Of a stretch of DNA of 64,000 bases, positions 30,001 to 40,945 are shown in pieces; position 1 is the stretch's first letter; each line of letters starts with the position of its first letter. Below the pieces are notes generated by a model that was given only the letters and a program-made list of their open reading frames with translations, was not told the DNA's origin and did no database searches. Position numbers and translations under genes: made by a program. Source of the DNA: Eledone cirrhosa (taxonomy: Eukaryota). The DNA is taken from positions 376,836,001 through 376,900,000 of the forward strand of contig OZ024743.1 of the NCBI GenBank assembly GCA_964016885.1, in the 5' to 3' direction.

Positions 30001-31524
30001 GGTCACTATTGCCAATAGATGCTATAGGGATATATTTGGTCACTGTTGCCAATAGATGCTATAGGGATATATTTGGTCACTATTGCCAATAGATGCTATA
30101 GGGATATATTTGGTCACTGTTGCCAATAGATGCTATAGGGATATATTTGGTCACTGTTGCCAATAGATTCTATAGGCATATCTTTGGTCACTTTTTTCAT
30201 TAGATGCTATAGGGATATATTTGGTCACTGTTGCCAATTGATGCTATAGGGATATATTTGGTCACTGTTGCCAATTGATGCTATAGGGATATATTTGGTC
30301 ACTGTTGTCAATAGATGCTATAGGGATATATTTGGTCACTGTTGTCAATAGATGCTATAGGGATATATTTGGTCACTGTTGCCAATAGATGCTATAGGGA
30401 TATATTTGGTCACTGTTGCCAATAGATGCTATAGGGATATATTTGGTCACAGTTGCCAATAGATGCTATAGGGATATATTTGGTCACTGTTGCCAATTGA
30501 TGCTATAGGGATATATTTGGGCACTATTGTCAATTGATGCTATAGGGATATATTTGGGCACTATTGTCAATTGATGCTATAGGGATATATTTGGTCACTG
30601 TTGTCAATAGATGCTATAGGGATATATTTGGTCACTGTTGCCAATAGATGCTATAGGGATATATTTGGTCACTATTGCCAATAGATGCTATAGGGATATA
30701 TTTGGTCACTGTTGCCAATAGATGCTATAGGGATATATTTGGTCACTATTGCCAATAGATGCTACAGGGATATATTTGGTCACTGTTGCCAATAGATGCT
30801 ATAGGGATATATTTGGTCACTGTTGCCAATAGATTCTATAGGGATATCTTTGGTCACTTTTGTCAATAGATGCTATAGGGATATATTTGGTCACTGTTGC
30901 CAATTGATGCTATAGGGATATATTTGGTCACTGTTGTCAATAGATGCTATAGGGATATATTTGGTCACTGTTGTCAATAGATGCTATAGGGATATATTTG
31001 GTCACAGTTGCCAATAGATGCTATAGGGATATATTTGGTCACTGTTGTCAATTGATGCTATAGGGATATATTTGGTCACTGTTGCCAATAGATGCTATAG
31101 GGATATATTTGGTCACTGTTGCTAATAGATGTTATAGGGTTATATTTGGTCACTGTTGTCAATAGATGCTATAGGGATATATTTGGTCACTGTTGCCAAT
31201 AGATATTATAGGGATATATTTGGTCACTGTTGCCAATAGATGCTATAGGGATATATTTGGTCACTGTTGCTAATAGATTTTATAGGGTTATATTTTGTCA
31301 CTGTTGTCAATAGATGCTATAGGGATATATTTGGTCACTGTTGCCAATAGATGCTATAGGGATATATTTGGTCACTGTTGTCAATAGATGCTATAGGGAT
31401 ATATTTGGTCACTGTTGCCAATAGATGCTATAGGGTTATATTTGGTCCCTGTTGTCAATAGATGCTATAGGGATATATTTGGTCACTGTTGTCAATAGAT
31501 GCTATAGGGATATATCTGATCACT
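1..31524. repeat. 37-bp tandem satellite array (about 852 monomers, continues off the left edge)
   Basis: Head-to-tail copies of GTTGCCAATAGATGCTATAGGGATATATTTGGTCACT with point variants (GCC/GTC/GCT, AATAG/AATTG). Monomer starts recur at 1, 2221, 6661, 11101 ... 31081 (multiples of 37). The last recognisable monomer ends at 31524 = 852x37. Confidence 0.99.
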
Positions 31525-32340
31525 ACAGATGATATAGGTGTATATTGGTCACTGATATCAACTGATGTTATCTTGTCACAGATATCAACAGATGATATAG
31601 TGATATTAGTCACAGATACCAAAAGATGATATCGTGATATATTAATCATTGGTATCAAAAGATGTTATAGTGATATATTGGTCACTGGTATTAACAGATG
31701 TTATAGCGATATCTCCGTCAGTGATATTAACAGTTATTATCTGGTCACAGATACCACCACATGATATCGGGATATATTAATCACTGGTGTGAACAGATGA
31801 TATAGTGATATAATAGTCACTGGTATGATATAGTGATATATTAGACACTGGTATCAACGACTGGTATAGTTATATCATGGTCAATCTCTGATATCAACAG
31901 ATGATATAGTGATATTTTGGTCATTGATATTGATAGTTTAGTCAGTGACAGATGATATAGTGATAGCTTGGTTACTGACATCAACAGGTGATATAATCAT
32001 ATATCTTGGTCACTGGTACCCATAGATTTTATAGTGATATCTGAGTCACTGGTATCAACGTATAGTATAGTGATACCTTGATCACTGATAGCAACAAATG
32101 TTATATTGATATATCTTAGTCACTGATATCAACAGATGATATAGTGATATCTGAGTCACTGGTATTAACAGATTATATAATGATATCTTAGTCACTGATA
32201 TCAACAAAGGATATCTGGTCATAGTGGTATCTTGTTATATCTCAATCTCTGATATCAGCAAACGATATAGAGATATTTTGACTATTGACGTCAACAAATG
32301 TAATAGTGGTGTCTTGGTTTCTGATATCAACAGATATCTA
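31525..32340. repeat. Degenerate about 33-37-bp tandem repeat related to the satellite
   Basis: Units resembling GTCACTGGTATCAACAGATGATATAGTGATATATTG (e.g. around 31640-31710 and 32110-32200) align with satellite GTCACTGTTGCCAATAGATGCTATAGGGATATATTTG but carry many substitutions and indels. Confidence 0.88.
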
Positions 32341-32854
32341 CTATATATCACACTACTTCTGTGGTCTCTCATCACCAGTAGAGAAATTACTGGTACATAT
32401 CCTATAATATAGTCGAACTCTTGTGTGTTATATTTTACCCTCTTATACAATCTTCTTTGTTTCAGTTGTCCTAGTACACTGGCCATTGCTCAATCTCGTC
32501 ATCTCTCTCACACTCCTATCTCATTCTTACTTTTGTTTTCTCTTTATCCAATTCATCTCCTCTGTAGAAATTGAACTAATTTTTGTTGGGATTTTTATTT
32601 TTCATCATTAACCCCTACCTTCATATTGTAACTTGTCTTTGTAACGTATCCTTCATCCGATGCCCTTGTGGCAAATAGAAGAAATCCTTACTATTATCGT
32701 GATTATATTATTATTGTTATTGTTATTATCATTATTATTATGATGAGCCCTCCTCTCCTCACTTTTCGTGTACCTCAATGGACTAAATTAACTGGAAAGT
32801 CTTTGTTGTTTAAATTTGGGTTTATTTTTTGCCCATTGTTTAAATGTTATAAGT

Positions 32855-33130
<276 letters not shown>

Positions 33131-33698
33131 GTGTGCGTGAGTTTCTCAGATGTGGGAAAAACCACAGACCCTCCATCTCAACTCTACTTTTGAAAAGCAG
33201 AAGAACTGCGAAACCGGTAAAGGAACCAAATAAATATATACATCTTGTTGCATTTTCGATTTCATCTTTTTTTCTTTATATATATATACATATATATATA
33301 TATGGGTATACGTGCGTGCATGCGTGCGTGTGTGTGTGTGCATGTATTTAATTATGCTATCTTTTAACCTTGCAATTGGACAGATGGTAGCACCGTTTTT
33401 ACCTTGTAATAATGATGAAAGTCAGAAGAAAACAAAATAACGTTAAAACCAGCAAAAACACATACACACACCCAGAGACAGAGGAAAAAATTAATTTGTT
33501 CTTAAGCAAAAGACTTTTACATCTACTGTCCAAGGCGGAGCGGGGTATGGGAAGGAAGGGTAGGGCGTTCGGAAAGAAAGAAACGGAATATAAAACAGTA
33601 ATAGAAAATGAAAAAGACATAGATTTACAATAGAAAGTAATCTGTGCATGAAAGAGGTTCTGTCTATCTTCTAAGGAGTGAGTAGCGCTTGTGTGATG

Positions 33699-33815
33699 TG
33701 GGGGGTGATTCATGTGGAGTGGAGTGGAGTGGGGGGGGGTTAGTGGGGAGGGGTTTGGCGTAGGGGCTAAACGCTGCGGGATATATGGTGTCTTAAAAAT
33801 AGTTTGTCAGTTTTT
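33699..33815 (+). promoter_or_regulatory. Candidate core promoter / G-quadruplex-forming tract
   Basis: G-runs at 33731-39, 33745-48, 33750-53, 33763-66 and 33778-80, then ATATAT at 33781 and TCAGTT (protostome Inr-like) at 33807-33812, about 2.2 kb upstream of exon A. Motif-level evidence only. Confidence 0.25.
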
Positions 33816-34071
33816 TTTCCGTTTTTTTTTTTACTGCCACTTTTATTCCCGGATCAACAAGTTTGCTTTATTTTATTTCATTTTATTTTGACTTTTACTT
33901 TTTTAAATTATTTTTCGTTTGTTCTTATTTTTGATATTTTTCTTAATTTTAAATATTTTCTTATTATCAGCTACTATTTTTTTTATATTTTTTTTTATTT
34001 ATTTCGATTTCGATTTCTTTTGTATCCAAAGTCTCCTCTCCTCTCCATAGCGTAGAGAAATAATTGGTACA

Positions 34072-34116
34072 AATATATATATATATATATACATTTATAT
34101 ATATACGTATATATAC

Positions 34117-34165
<49 letters not shown>

Positions 34166-34266
34166 CGTATATATACATATACATGTATATATATATATAG
34201 AGAGAGAGAGAGAGTGAGAGAGAGAGATACATGTGTGTGTGTATATATTTATATGTATATATATAT

Positions 34267-34320
<54 letters not shown>

Positions 34321-34410
34321 GTATATATGTCTGGGTCTGTTTCTCACTCACCCAATAACTATATGTGTATTTCTATACACATACACACACACACAAGCAG
34401 GCAGAGAGAG

Positions 34411-34503
<93 letters not shown>
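34072..34503. repeat. Compound (AT)n/(CA)n/(GA)n microsatellites
   Basis: Direct inspection; (GA)n at about 34413-34503. Confidence 0.95.
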
Positions 34504-34509
<6 letters not shown>

Positions 34510-34772
34510 TAGGTCTTCTATATTTACATTCTACCTCAGTCTTTTGTTATGAAACGTCTGCCAATCATAACAAATCCAATTGTCCAGTGATTCTATTCAA
34601 GAAGACACGGTACACCCCACCATCCACCACCCACCACCCATATTGTGAACACTGTCTTCTTTTCAGCATCGTCTACCCCATCCCACCACCCCCTCACCTC
34701 ATCTTACCCTCGCACCCCTTCCTGCTAACCCATCTCCAATACTTTAATTATCATATCAAGAAATAAAACGTC

Positions 34773-34824
<52 letters not shown>

Positions 34825-34838
34825 ATAGTAGTAGTAGT
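34773..34838. repeat. (AGT)n microsatellite
   Basis: Direct inspection. Confidence 0.95.
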
Positions 34839-34896
34839 TGGATAAAGTTTTGAAGGTAAACATATAAAAAGTTAGGGTAGTCATCAACATGAACAA

Positions 34897-34975
34897 CATC
34901 ATCATCATCATCATCATCATGTTCGTCATAGTTCTGCTTTTCCTTGCTAGCATGGGCTGGGTGTGTTGTCCTCGC
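34897..34975 (-). mobile_element. RTE-type 3' terminus with (TGA)n tail
   Basis: Minus strand CCCAGCCCATGCTAGCAAGGAAAAG...(ATG)n resembles the terminus at 39963-40000 (TCCAACCCATGCAATGATAGAAAAGTCGACGTAAA) and 47368-47412. Confidence 0.55.
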
Positions 34976-35686
34976 GGTCCCAGCCAATCCTTATTCGGAA
35001 TGACTGCCCTCCAAATGAGTTAGAAGACTACATCCCTCTCATACATTCTGTCTCATTTTCAGCCTGAGGACAATGGTTGGATGTCCTTCGTAACAGAACC
35101 TCTCCTAATGGAGTGTACTGGCTGCAAGGTATCACAGCTCCCTCCTCCCCGAAATACATGGGATGCGATCATGTCTATGACAATCACAAAGAGTCTTCTA
35201 TACTATGTTGTCACCATTTCTTACTAACCACTTCACATAATGCATTGGGTGCATTTTATCATGACGCAAGCACTAGAGAGTTTATCATAACCTTAACAAG
35301 ACTAAGAAGTCCTCTTGCCCCTATGTTGTATCCATTTGTTTGCCGACCTCTCAAAAATATATAATATTTTCACTGATACTAAAACGTGTAGCAGGTAGTT
35401 TTTTAGTTACTTCAGAGCATAAAGATTCTGCCTATCATGAGTTGAACACCGCTTAGTTGACTCTAGCTGACAACACCTAGTAAAAACCCTTTATCCAGTT
35501 TTACAATCAAAGGTTAACAGTGTTACAAACGACGGTTATGGATCAGGGCTTTCGACTCGGGTATGAACCAGGTTTTTGACAGCACGAAGGTGAATGTGGC
35601 AACAGAAATTGACGACAATTGTCTGATATCAACAAAAGATCTCAGAGTACTTGAAAATAGTCCACAATAAATGTTTTGTGGTCTAC

Positions 35687-35835
35687 TGTGTTCTTGGTCT
35701 CTAGACGACTGTTTTTCTCTGCCCATTTGGAATGAGGGTATCGCACTTAAGAAAGGAGCCTCGTAAGGTGGAATGGCTGATGCAGCAGGTATCGCTGACA
35801 TTTCTCCGTGGCAATGCTTTGCCATCTTTTCTGTA
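35687..35835 (+). mobile_element. Old CRE-like non-LTR retrotransposon fragment, C-terminus of restriction-like endonuclease (RLE) domain
   Basis: Translates CVLGL*TTVFLCPFGMRVSHLRKEPRKVEWLMQQVSLTFLRGNA, matching the GVLG..EPRE.EWFFQ.VSL.I.RGNA pattern of the copies at 37143 and 40480. Confidence 0.6.
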
Positions 35836-36030
35836 GGATACAGTTGAAATATGCCATTCAAGCAAACGTATAGAGTTTATGTCAGCTTCCAGTTTCTCTT
35901 GCATTTTTCTTTTTCTCTTTTTATGTTTTCATTTTCCTTTTTTTGTTTGTTCTTTTTCCCTTTTCTTCTTTTTATGAATTCATAAATATATAAATGTGTT
36001 TTGACTAAGGTTTCTTGTTGGTTTCTGTAG

Positions 36031-36131
36031 GTCCAGTGATGATCGATCAGAAGGAGGAATGAAGATCACAGACAAAGTTTCACATCACATGGTAGATAAA
36101 GGTTATCCCTCATTAAGTCACAGTGATTTGA
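36031..36131 (+). CDS. Probable coding exon A of an unidentified gene
   Basis: Acceptor TTTCTTGTTGGTTTCTGTAG and donor A|GTAAGT; 101 nt. Only one frame is open: SSDDRSEGGMKITDKVSHHMVDKGYPSLSHSDL (phase 2 to phase 1). It joins exon B in frame. ATG at 36059 could alternatively be the start. Confidence 0.75.
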
Positions 36132-36178
36132 GTAAGTTCTTCTTATTATTATCATTGTTGTTGTTGTTGTTGTTATAA

Positions 36179-36372
36179 AGAGCGGTGGATTGACAGTATC
36201 GGTAGAGCGTCAGACATCAGGCTTTGCAGCATAGAGTTATAGCCCTTTACGTTCTGAGTTCAAATCTCGCCGGGGGCGATAAAATAAAGCACTAGTAATG
36301 CACTGGGTCGATTCAATCGACTTTCCTTCCGCCAAAATTGTTGACCGTGTGCCGATATAAGAAACCATTATT
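36179..36372 (+). mobile_element. tRNA-derived SINE (family 1)
   Basis: A-box-like TGACAGTATCGGTAGAG, B-box GAGTTCAAATC, body CGATAAAATAAAG..CAGT..ACTGGGTCGAT and 3' GTGCC...AGAAACCATT; many related copies in the window. Confidence 0.85.
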
Positions 36373-36384
36373 ATCAACTTTACT

Positions 36385-36495
36385 GTATTTGCCTTTCAAC
36401 CTTCCGGGGTCGATAAAATAAAGTACCAGTTAAGTACTAGAGTCGATATAAACTAAATTTACTTGCCGAGTGCCTAAATTTAAAAAAAAAAAAAA
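36385..36495 (+). mobile_element. Family 1 SINE, 3' half
   Basis: TTTGCCTTTCAACCTTCCGGGGTCGATAAAATAAAGTACCAGTT...GTGCCTAAATTT followed by an A-run. Confidence 0.8.
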
Positions 36496-36804
36496 TTATT
36501 TCTATTATTGACTCATATTTTTACATTTATATCTTGTTATTTATTATTATTTTTTATATATTGAAACATTTGCCAACCAATGCATACTTTATGGCAATCC
36601 CTTCTTAACATTCAATTCATCATCATCATCACTAGGAGGAGGAGGAATAAGAATAAGAGGAGGATAAAGGACTGTAGCTTTCTGTTACTATAGTCGAATT
36701 ATGGTGACGATTATAATTACAATAATGATGATGATGATCACGATGATACTTATGATGATGGTCATGATAGAATATTTAATGTATTATATATAATCAAGAC
36801 TTGT

Positions 36805-37110
36805 GAAGGTGTGTGGTTTAGTGGTTAGGTGTTCGGCTCACGATCGTTAAGTCGTGATTTCAATTTACATTGGGCAAGACAATATAATTCACCTTGCTCA
36901 AGTTTACGCAACTGGAAACAAAACAGTTGTAGCTGTAATTCTAAGGGCCAGCCTTATCACACAGTGTTTCATTGAACGTCCCTGAGAACAACGTTATATG
37001 TACACGTGTCTGTGGAATCCTCATCCACTTGCACGGTAATTTCTCGAGCAGACTGTTCCGTTGATCAAATCAACTGGAACACTCATCGTTAGAACTGATG
37101 GAGGTCCAAC
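36805..37110 (+). mobile_element. tRNA-derived SINE (family 2)
   Basis: tRNA-like head GTGGTTTAGTGGTTAGG..GGCTCACGATCG..GTCGTGATTTCAATT, core TTGGGCAAGACA, and a 3' body related to 46915-47045. Confidence 0.75.
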
Positions 37111-37142
37111 CCAAGGTTTCATAACCAAATATATTAGAATAA

Positions 37143-37360
37143 ATAACCAAATATCGGTCGCTTTCCAAAAGTTTGGTGGTCGAGCCCGTAGCCGTAAAAT
37201 CTTCTGGTGTCCTTGGCCCTAAAACCACCTCCCTACACACCAACATAGACAAAGAGTTGGTCACCCGCAGGTGAGCCTCGCGAGCTAGAATGGTTCTTCC
37301 AACTTGTGCCCCTCATCATCCCCCGGGGAAACGCCTTCTCTATTCTGTCTGCCAGGGCTA
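37143..37360 (+). mobile_element. CRE-like LINE RLE-domain 3' fragment
   Basis: ITKYRSLSKSLVVEPVAVKSSGVLGPKTTSLHTNIDKELVTR/(frameshift)GEPRELEWFFQLVPLIIPRGNAFSILS; nucleotide-similar to the reverse complement of 40480-40830. Confidence 0.8.
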
Positions 37361-37484
37361 CGGGGCGACCAGTGCGTGGGCCCCCGTTTGTTTATAATAG
37401 TGAGAAACGGAGAGAGCGGGAGAGACGGAGGCAGAGACTATACCAGCATTGATAAAGTATTTGGTAGAGTTAAAGGTTAAGTGA

Positions 37485-37803
37485 TAAACACACAACACAA
37501 CATTCTTTAACATTACACAGCACAATACACAACACAGCACACAACACACAGCACACAACACACAACACACAGCACACAACACAAAGCACACAACACACCA
37601 CACACATCACACGACACATCATTACACAGCACTTACTAGATAAGTTATTGTTATATATAAATAACGAGATCAATAAGCAACTATATTGCTTGTTTGTTTG
37701 GTGATTGCTGTTGTTATTAGTGGTTATTTTGTTGCTGTTGTTGTTGTAGTAGTTGCTTTAGTTGTTGTTGTAGTAGTAGTTGCTTTTGTTGTTGTGGTGG
37801 TGG

Positions 37804-37844
<41 letters not shown>

Positions 37845-37860
37845 GCTTTTATTGTTGTTG
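37485..37860. repeat. CACAA-type degenerate repeat followed by (GTT)n
   Basis: Direct inspection. Confidence 0.85.
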
Positions 37861-38338
37861 TATGACAGGCCATTTTAGGTTTTATAGATAAATGTGTCTC
37901 TCAGAGTTTCTTTAGTTTATAGAAAAGTTACCGTGTGACAGCCCTGGTTGCCTGTAATTTCACACATATACTCCTTCAACATAACCCCATTCTCAAACTC
38001 ATCTAGAACATTTATCGTACATCCTGTTATTTCTTGATTAAACGGATTATTTTAATTTACTTTAAACATTTCCCACTTAACGTTTTCATTTGAGAATCCA
38101 GTTCAACATTTTCTTTTTATTTTTAGTTCACATTTTCTCATAGCACGGAAATTATCGGACAATTGCATTCTTGTTGTCTAGAATTTCAGGCACTTTTCGG
38201 CTCTTCCTTGTGAATGAAGTTAAGGAATATCAAATTTACCATTCCTACACCAAATTTCACTGGACATTTCTGTCAAATTGTAGAATTAATGTGACTATTT
38301 AATTTTATAAAATTATTCATAAGACATGTTACTTGTAT

Positions 38339-38510
38339 TTAACCCTTTCGTTTTCATATTTCTACTGAAAGACGTGGCTTATTATTTTCAAATAAGTTAG
38401 AAAAATAGTCCAGAATTCGGAGAAATGTTGTAATATAACTAAATTTCTCATTATTAAGTTGATGTTTGGATTAAACGTCTATTATATAAAATATAAAATT
38501 CCTTTTGGAA
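38339..38510 (+). mobile_element. Possible piggyBac-like non-autonomous element end
   Basis: TTAA followed by CCCTTTCGTT, then an AT-rich body. I could not find the partner TIR. Confidence 0.35.
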
Positions 38511-38834
38511 GAAACAATGACAATCAATCGTTGTCTTATCAAGTACGTGTGTGTATTGATGTTCTCTCTCTTTTATAAGCAAACGGGAGCCCAAGCGCTG
38601 GCCACACCACGGCCCCGCGGCCCCGGCGGACAGAATAAAGTAACAAGACTCATTATTTAGTCATTATATATATATGTTCGGCATCACTATTGTTGTAACA
38701 TTTTATTGATAACCATACTTCCTTGGTTGGCCAGTAATGCATGAGACAGTTTGACACTGATACTCTCATTTCTGCTTTTTTTAATCTTAGCAGAATGCTT
38801 CTTGAAAACGTGTACATCCACCCTATGTAAATTT

Positions 38835-39035
<201 letters not shown>

Positions 39036-39064
39036 AACACTTCTATCAATTTATGTCTATAAAA

Positions 39065-39155
39065 TGTCATAGGTCAACCTTAGTCTATACTACAAGTTGC
39101 CACACAGTAGGACCAGACCCGAGAAGATGATGCTGTGAAGCAACCTCTTAACCAC
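39065..39155 (-). mobile_element. Degenerate tRNA-SINE head (family 3)
   Basis: Minus strand GTGGTTAAGAGGTTGCTTC...GGGTCTGGTCCTACTGTGTGGCAACTTG is similar to 53950-54012 and 46750-46830. Confidence 0.5.
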
Positions 39156-39237
39156 TAATATTTGTTTTATAAAGATAATTGATTTTAATTCTGATTTATC
39201 GAATGTCATTATTTTTATTTTATTTTTGTTATTCTAG

Positions 39238-39363
39238 GTCATAAACCCCTCAACCTTCAAATCAACGGCCATGTCAGAGATCTATCAAAAACAGCCCCTA
39301 AACAGGATTATGATGAAGATGATGATAATGATGACAAAGACTCTGATGATGACAAAGATGATG
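39238..39363 (+). CDS. Probable coding exon B (symmetric phase 1-1, acidic)
   Basis: Acceptor TTTTATTTTTGTTATTCTAG and donor G|GTAAGT; 126 nt. Continues exon A: SHKPLNLQINGHVRDLSKTAPKQDYDEDDDNDDKDSDDDKDD. Confidence 0.8.
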
Positions 39364-39519
39364 GTAAGTGAAATTACTACTGTCAATTATATATTTTGAT
39401 ATATAGATAATTGCTGAGTATAAGAGGTGTTCAATTGTGTGCTAGAGTGACAAGTGCTCTATGTAATACCTATGGATGATAACAGTCAGGTAAAGATATA
39501 AGAGGAGTTCGAAGTGAGG

Positions 39520-40000
39520 CTGTTACATCTGTTGACAACAAAAGAATTCTCTCTCTGATCAAAATGGAAATGGAGATAGTATGAAGCATGTCTAGCTAGA
39601 GTGATGTTGTATGGTCGTAAGACGTAGACAATGATGGTGGAGTATGTACGAAATGGTTTTTAGCATTAGTATACATGAATAATGAAGCATAGATGAATTG
39701 AAAGAAAAACTGGATATAAGAGAATTTGGATGTTGTATCCAAAGGAGAAGACTTGCACTGGTACGGATATGAAATGTGTCTGGATAATGACAGTTGAGTA
39801 TTGATGTGTCAGGCATTGCATATGGAAGGAAGCTGTGGTAAAGAAAGAGCACAGAAGGCATGTACATAAGTGGCAAAAGATGATTTCAGGATGCTCTATC
39901 TCATGACAAAAAGATGACAAAAGAACTCAACGTGTGGTGAAAAGCTGCTTTGAAGACCATCCATCCAACCCATGCAATGATAGAAAAGTCGACGTAAATA
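39520..40000 (+). mobile_element. Decayed RTE-clade LINE 3' end
   Basis: Interrupted translation YEACLARVMLYGRKT*..DELKEKLDIREFGCCIQRRRL/HWYGY..MEGSCGKERAQK..KDDFRML matches the RTE post-RT motifs (MLYGSETW, RRLRWYGH, EG.R.RGRP.KTW). Confidence 0.8.
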
Positions 40001-40114
40001 TAATAATGATTTTTAATTTCTTTTAATTTACTCACCTCAAACAAGACTATAATGCCACTAAAATATAAGAAGTTTCTGAGAAGGAAAACGGACAAGATAG
40101 AGAGGACACAAAAC

Positions 40115-40240
40115 AAGGAGAGAGAAGATGCCAATTGATGTTGCTTTTGAATTTTTGTAAATTGTGGTGATCAGGAGAGCAAGAAGCTGGAAGAGAATTC
40201 CATAGGTGAGATGTATGAGGAATGAAGTTATATATATAAC
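40115..40240 (-). mobile_element. CR1/L2-like LINE ORF2 C-terminal fragment
   Basis: NFIPHTSHLWNSLPASCSPDHHNLQKFKSNIN carries the SF.PRT..LWNSLP...FK terminal motif. Confidence 0.75.
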
Positions 40241-40309
40241 TTAACAAAAAAGGGAGGATCCGAATGCAATTGAAGTGTGGTTAACAACGAAATCTACTGA
40301 AGTAAAAGT

Positions 40310-40480
40310 AAGAGAGCGATAGAGATAGAGTGAAAAAAAGAGAAATAGAGAAAGAGTGACAGAGAAATATAGAAAGCGAGAAAGAGAAAGAGAGAGAGAG
40401 AGAAAGAGAGAAAGGAAAAGAGAGAGAGAAAGAGAGAAAGAGAAAGAGAGAGAGAAAGAGAAAGAGAAAGTGAAATAGAG
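40310..40480. repeat. GA-rich purine tract
   Basis: Direct inspection. Confidence 0.9.
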
Positions 40481-40945
40481 AAGGCATTTCCTTGGAGGAT
40501 GATGAGGGAGACACATTGGAAGAACCATTCCAGCTTGCAAGGTTCACAACTGCGGGTAGCCAACTTCGTGCCGACGGGGGTGAGTAGGGAGGTGGTCCTA
40601 GTGCCAAGGACACCAGAAGTCTCCACTGCTACTGGTAGCCAACTCCCTGCCGATGGGGGTGAGTAGGGAGGTGGTCCTAGTGCCAAGGACACCAGAAGTC
40701 TCCACTGCTGTTGGTAGCCAACTCCCTGCCGATGGGGGTGAGTAGAGAGGTGGTCCTAGTGCCAAGGACACCAGAAGTCTCTACTGCTACAGGCTCAACC
40801 GCAAACCTGTCGGAGAGCAACCGATACTTGAAGAGTTTACCCTCCTCGGGCCGAAATGCAGCAAAGCCTGGATTAGTCGCAGATTGCACCAGCTTTTCGC
40901 TGAAGAAAGTGTCGCTGTATGTGGCATCCCGATGCCTATGTCCAC
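40480..40945 (-). mobile_element. CRE-like LINE RLE-domain 3' fragment with internal 79-bp triplication
   Basis: RDATYSDTFFSEKLVQSATNPGFAAFRPEEGKLFKYRLLSDRFAVEPVAVETSGVLGTRTTSLLTP.G..LATRSCEPCKLEWFFQCVSLIILQGNAFSI has the DAT..DT / K..KY / P.AVET.G / RGNA pattern typical of RLE-bearing elements. Repeat units start at 40555, 40634 and 40713. Confidence 0.82.

Noticed and set aside
1-31524. CRISPR array (37 bp is a typical CRISPR repeat length)
   Set aside because: Units are directly head-to-tail with no unique spacers, there are no cas genes, and the context is eukaryotic.
35063-35128. Possible exon TTTTCAG|CCTGAG...CAAG|GTATCA upstream of exon A
   Set aside because: The donor is weak, its open frame (phase 0) is incompatible with exon A, and it likely overlaps a decayed minus-strand RTE.
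36805-36870. tRNA gene
   Set aside because: A/B-box-like head without a complete cloverleaf, continuing into a SINE body.
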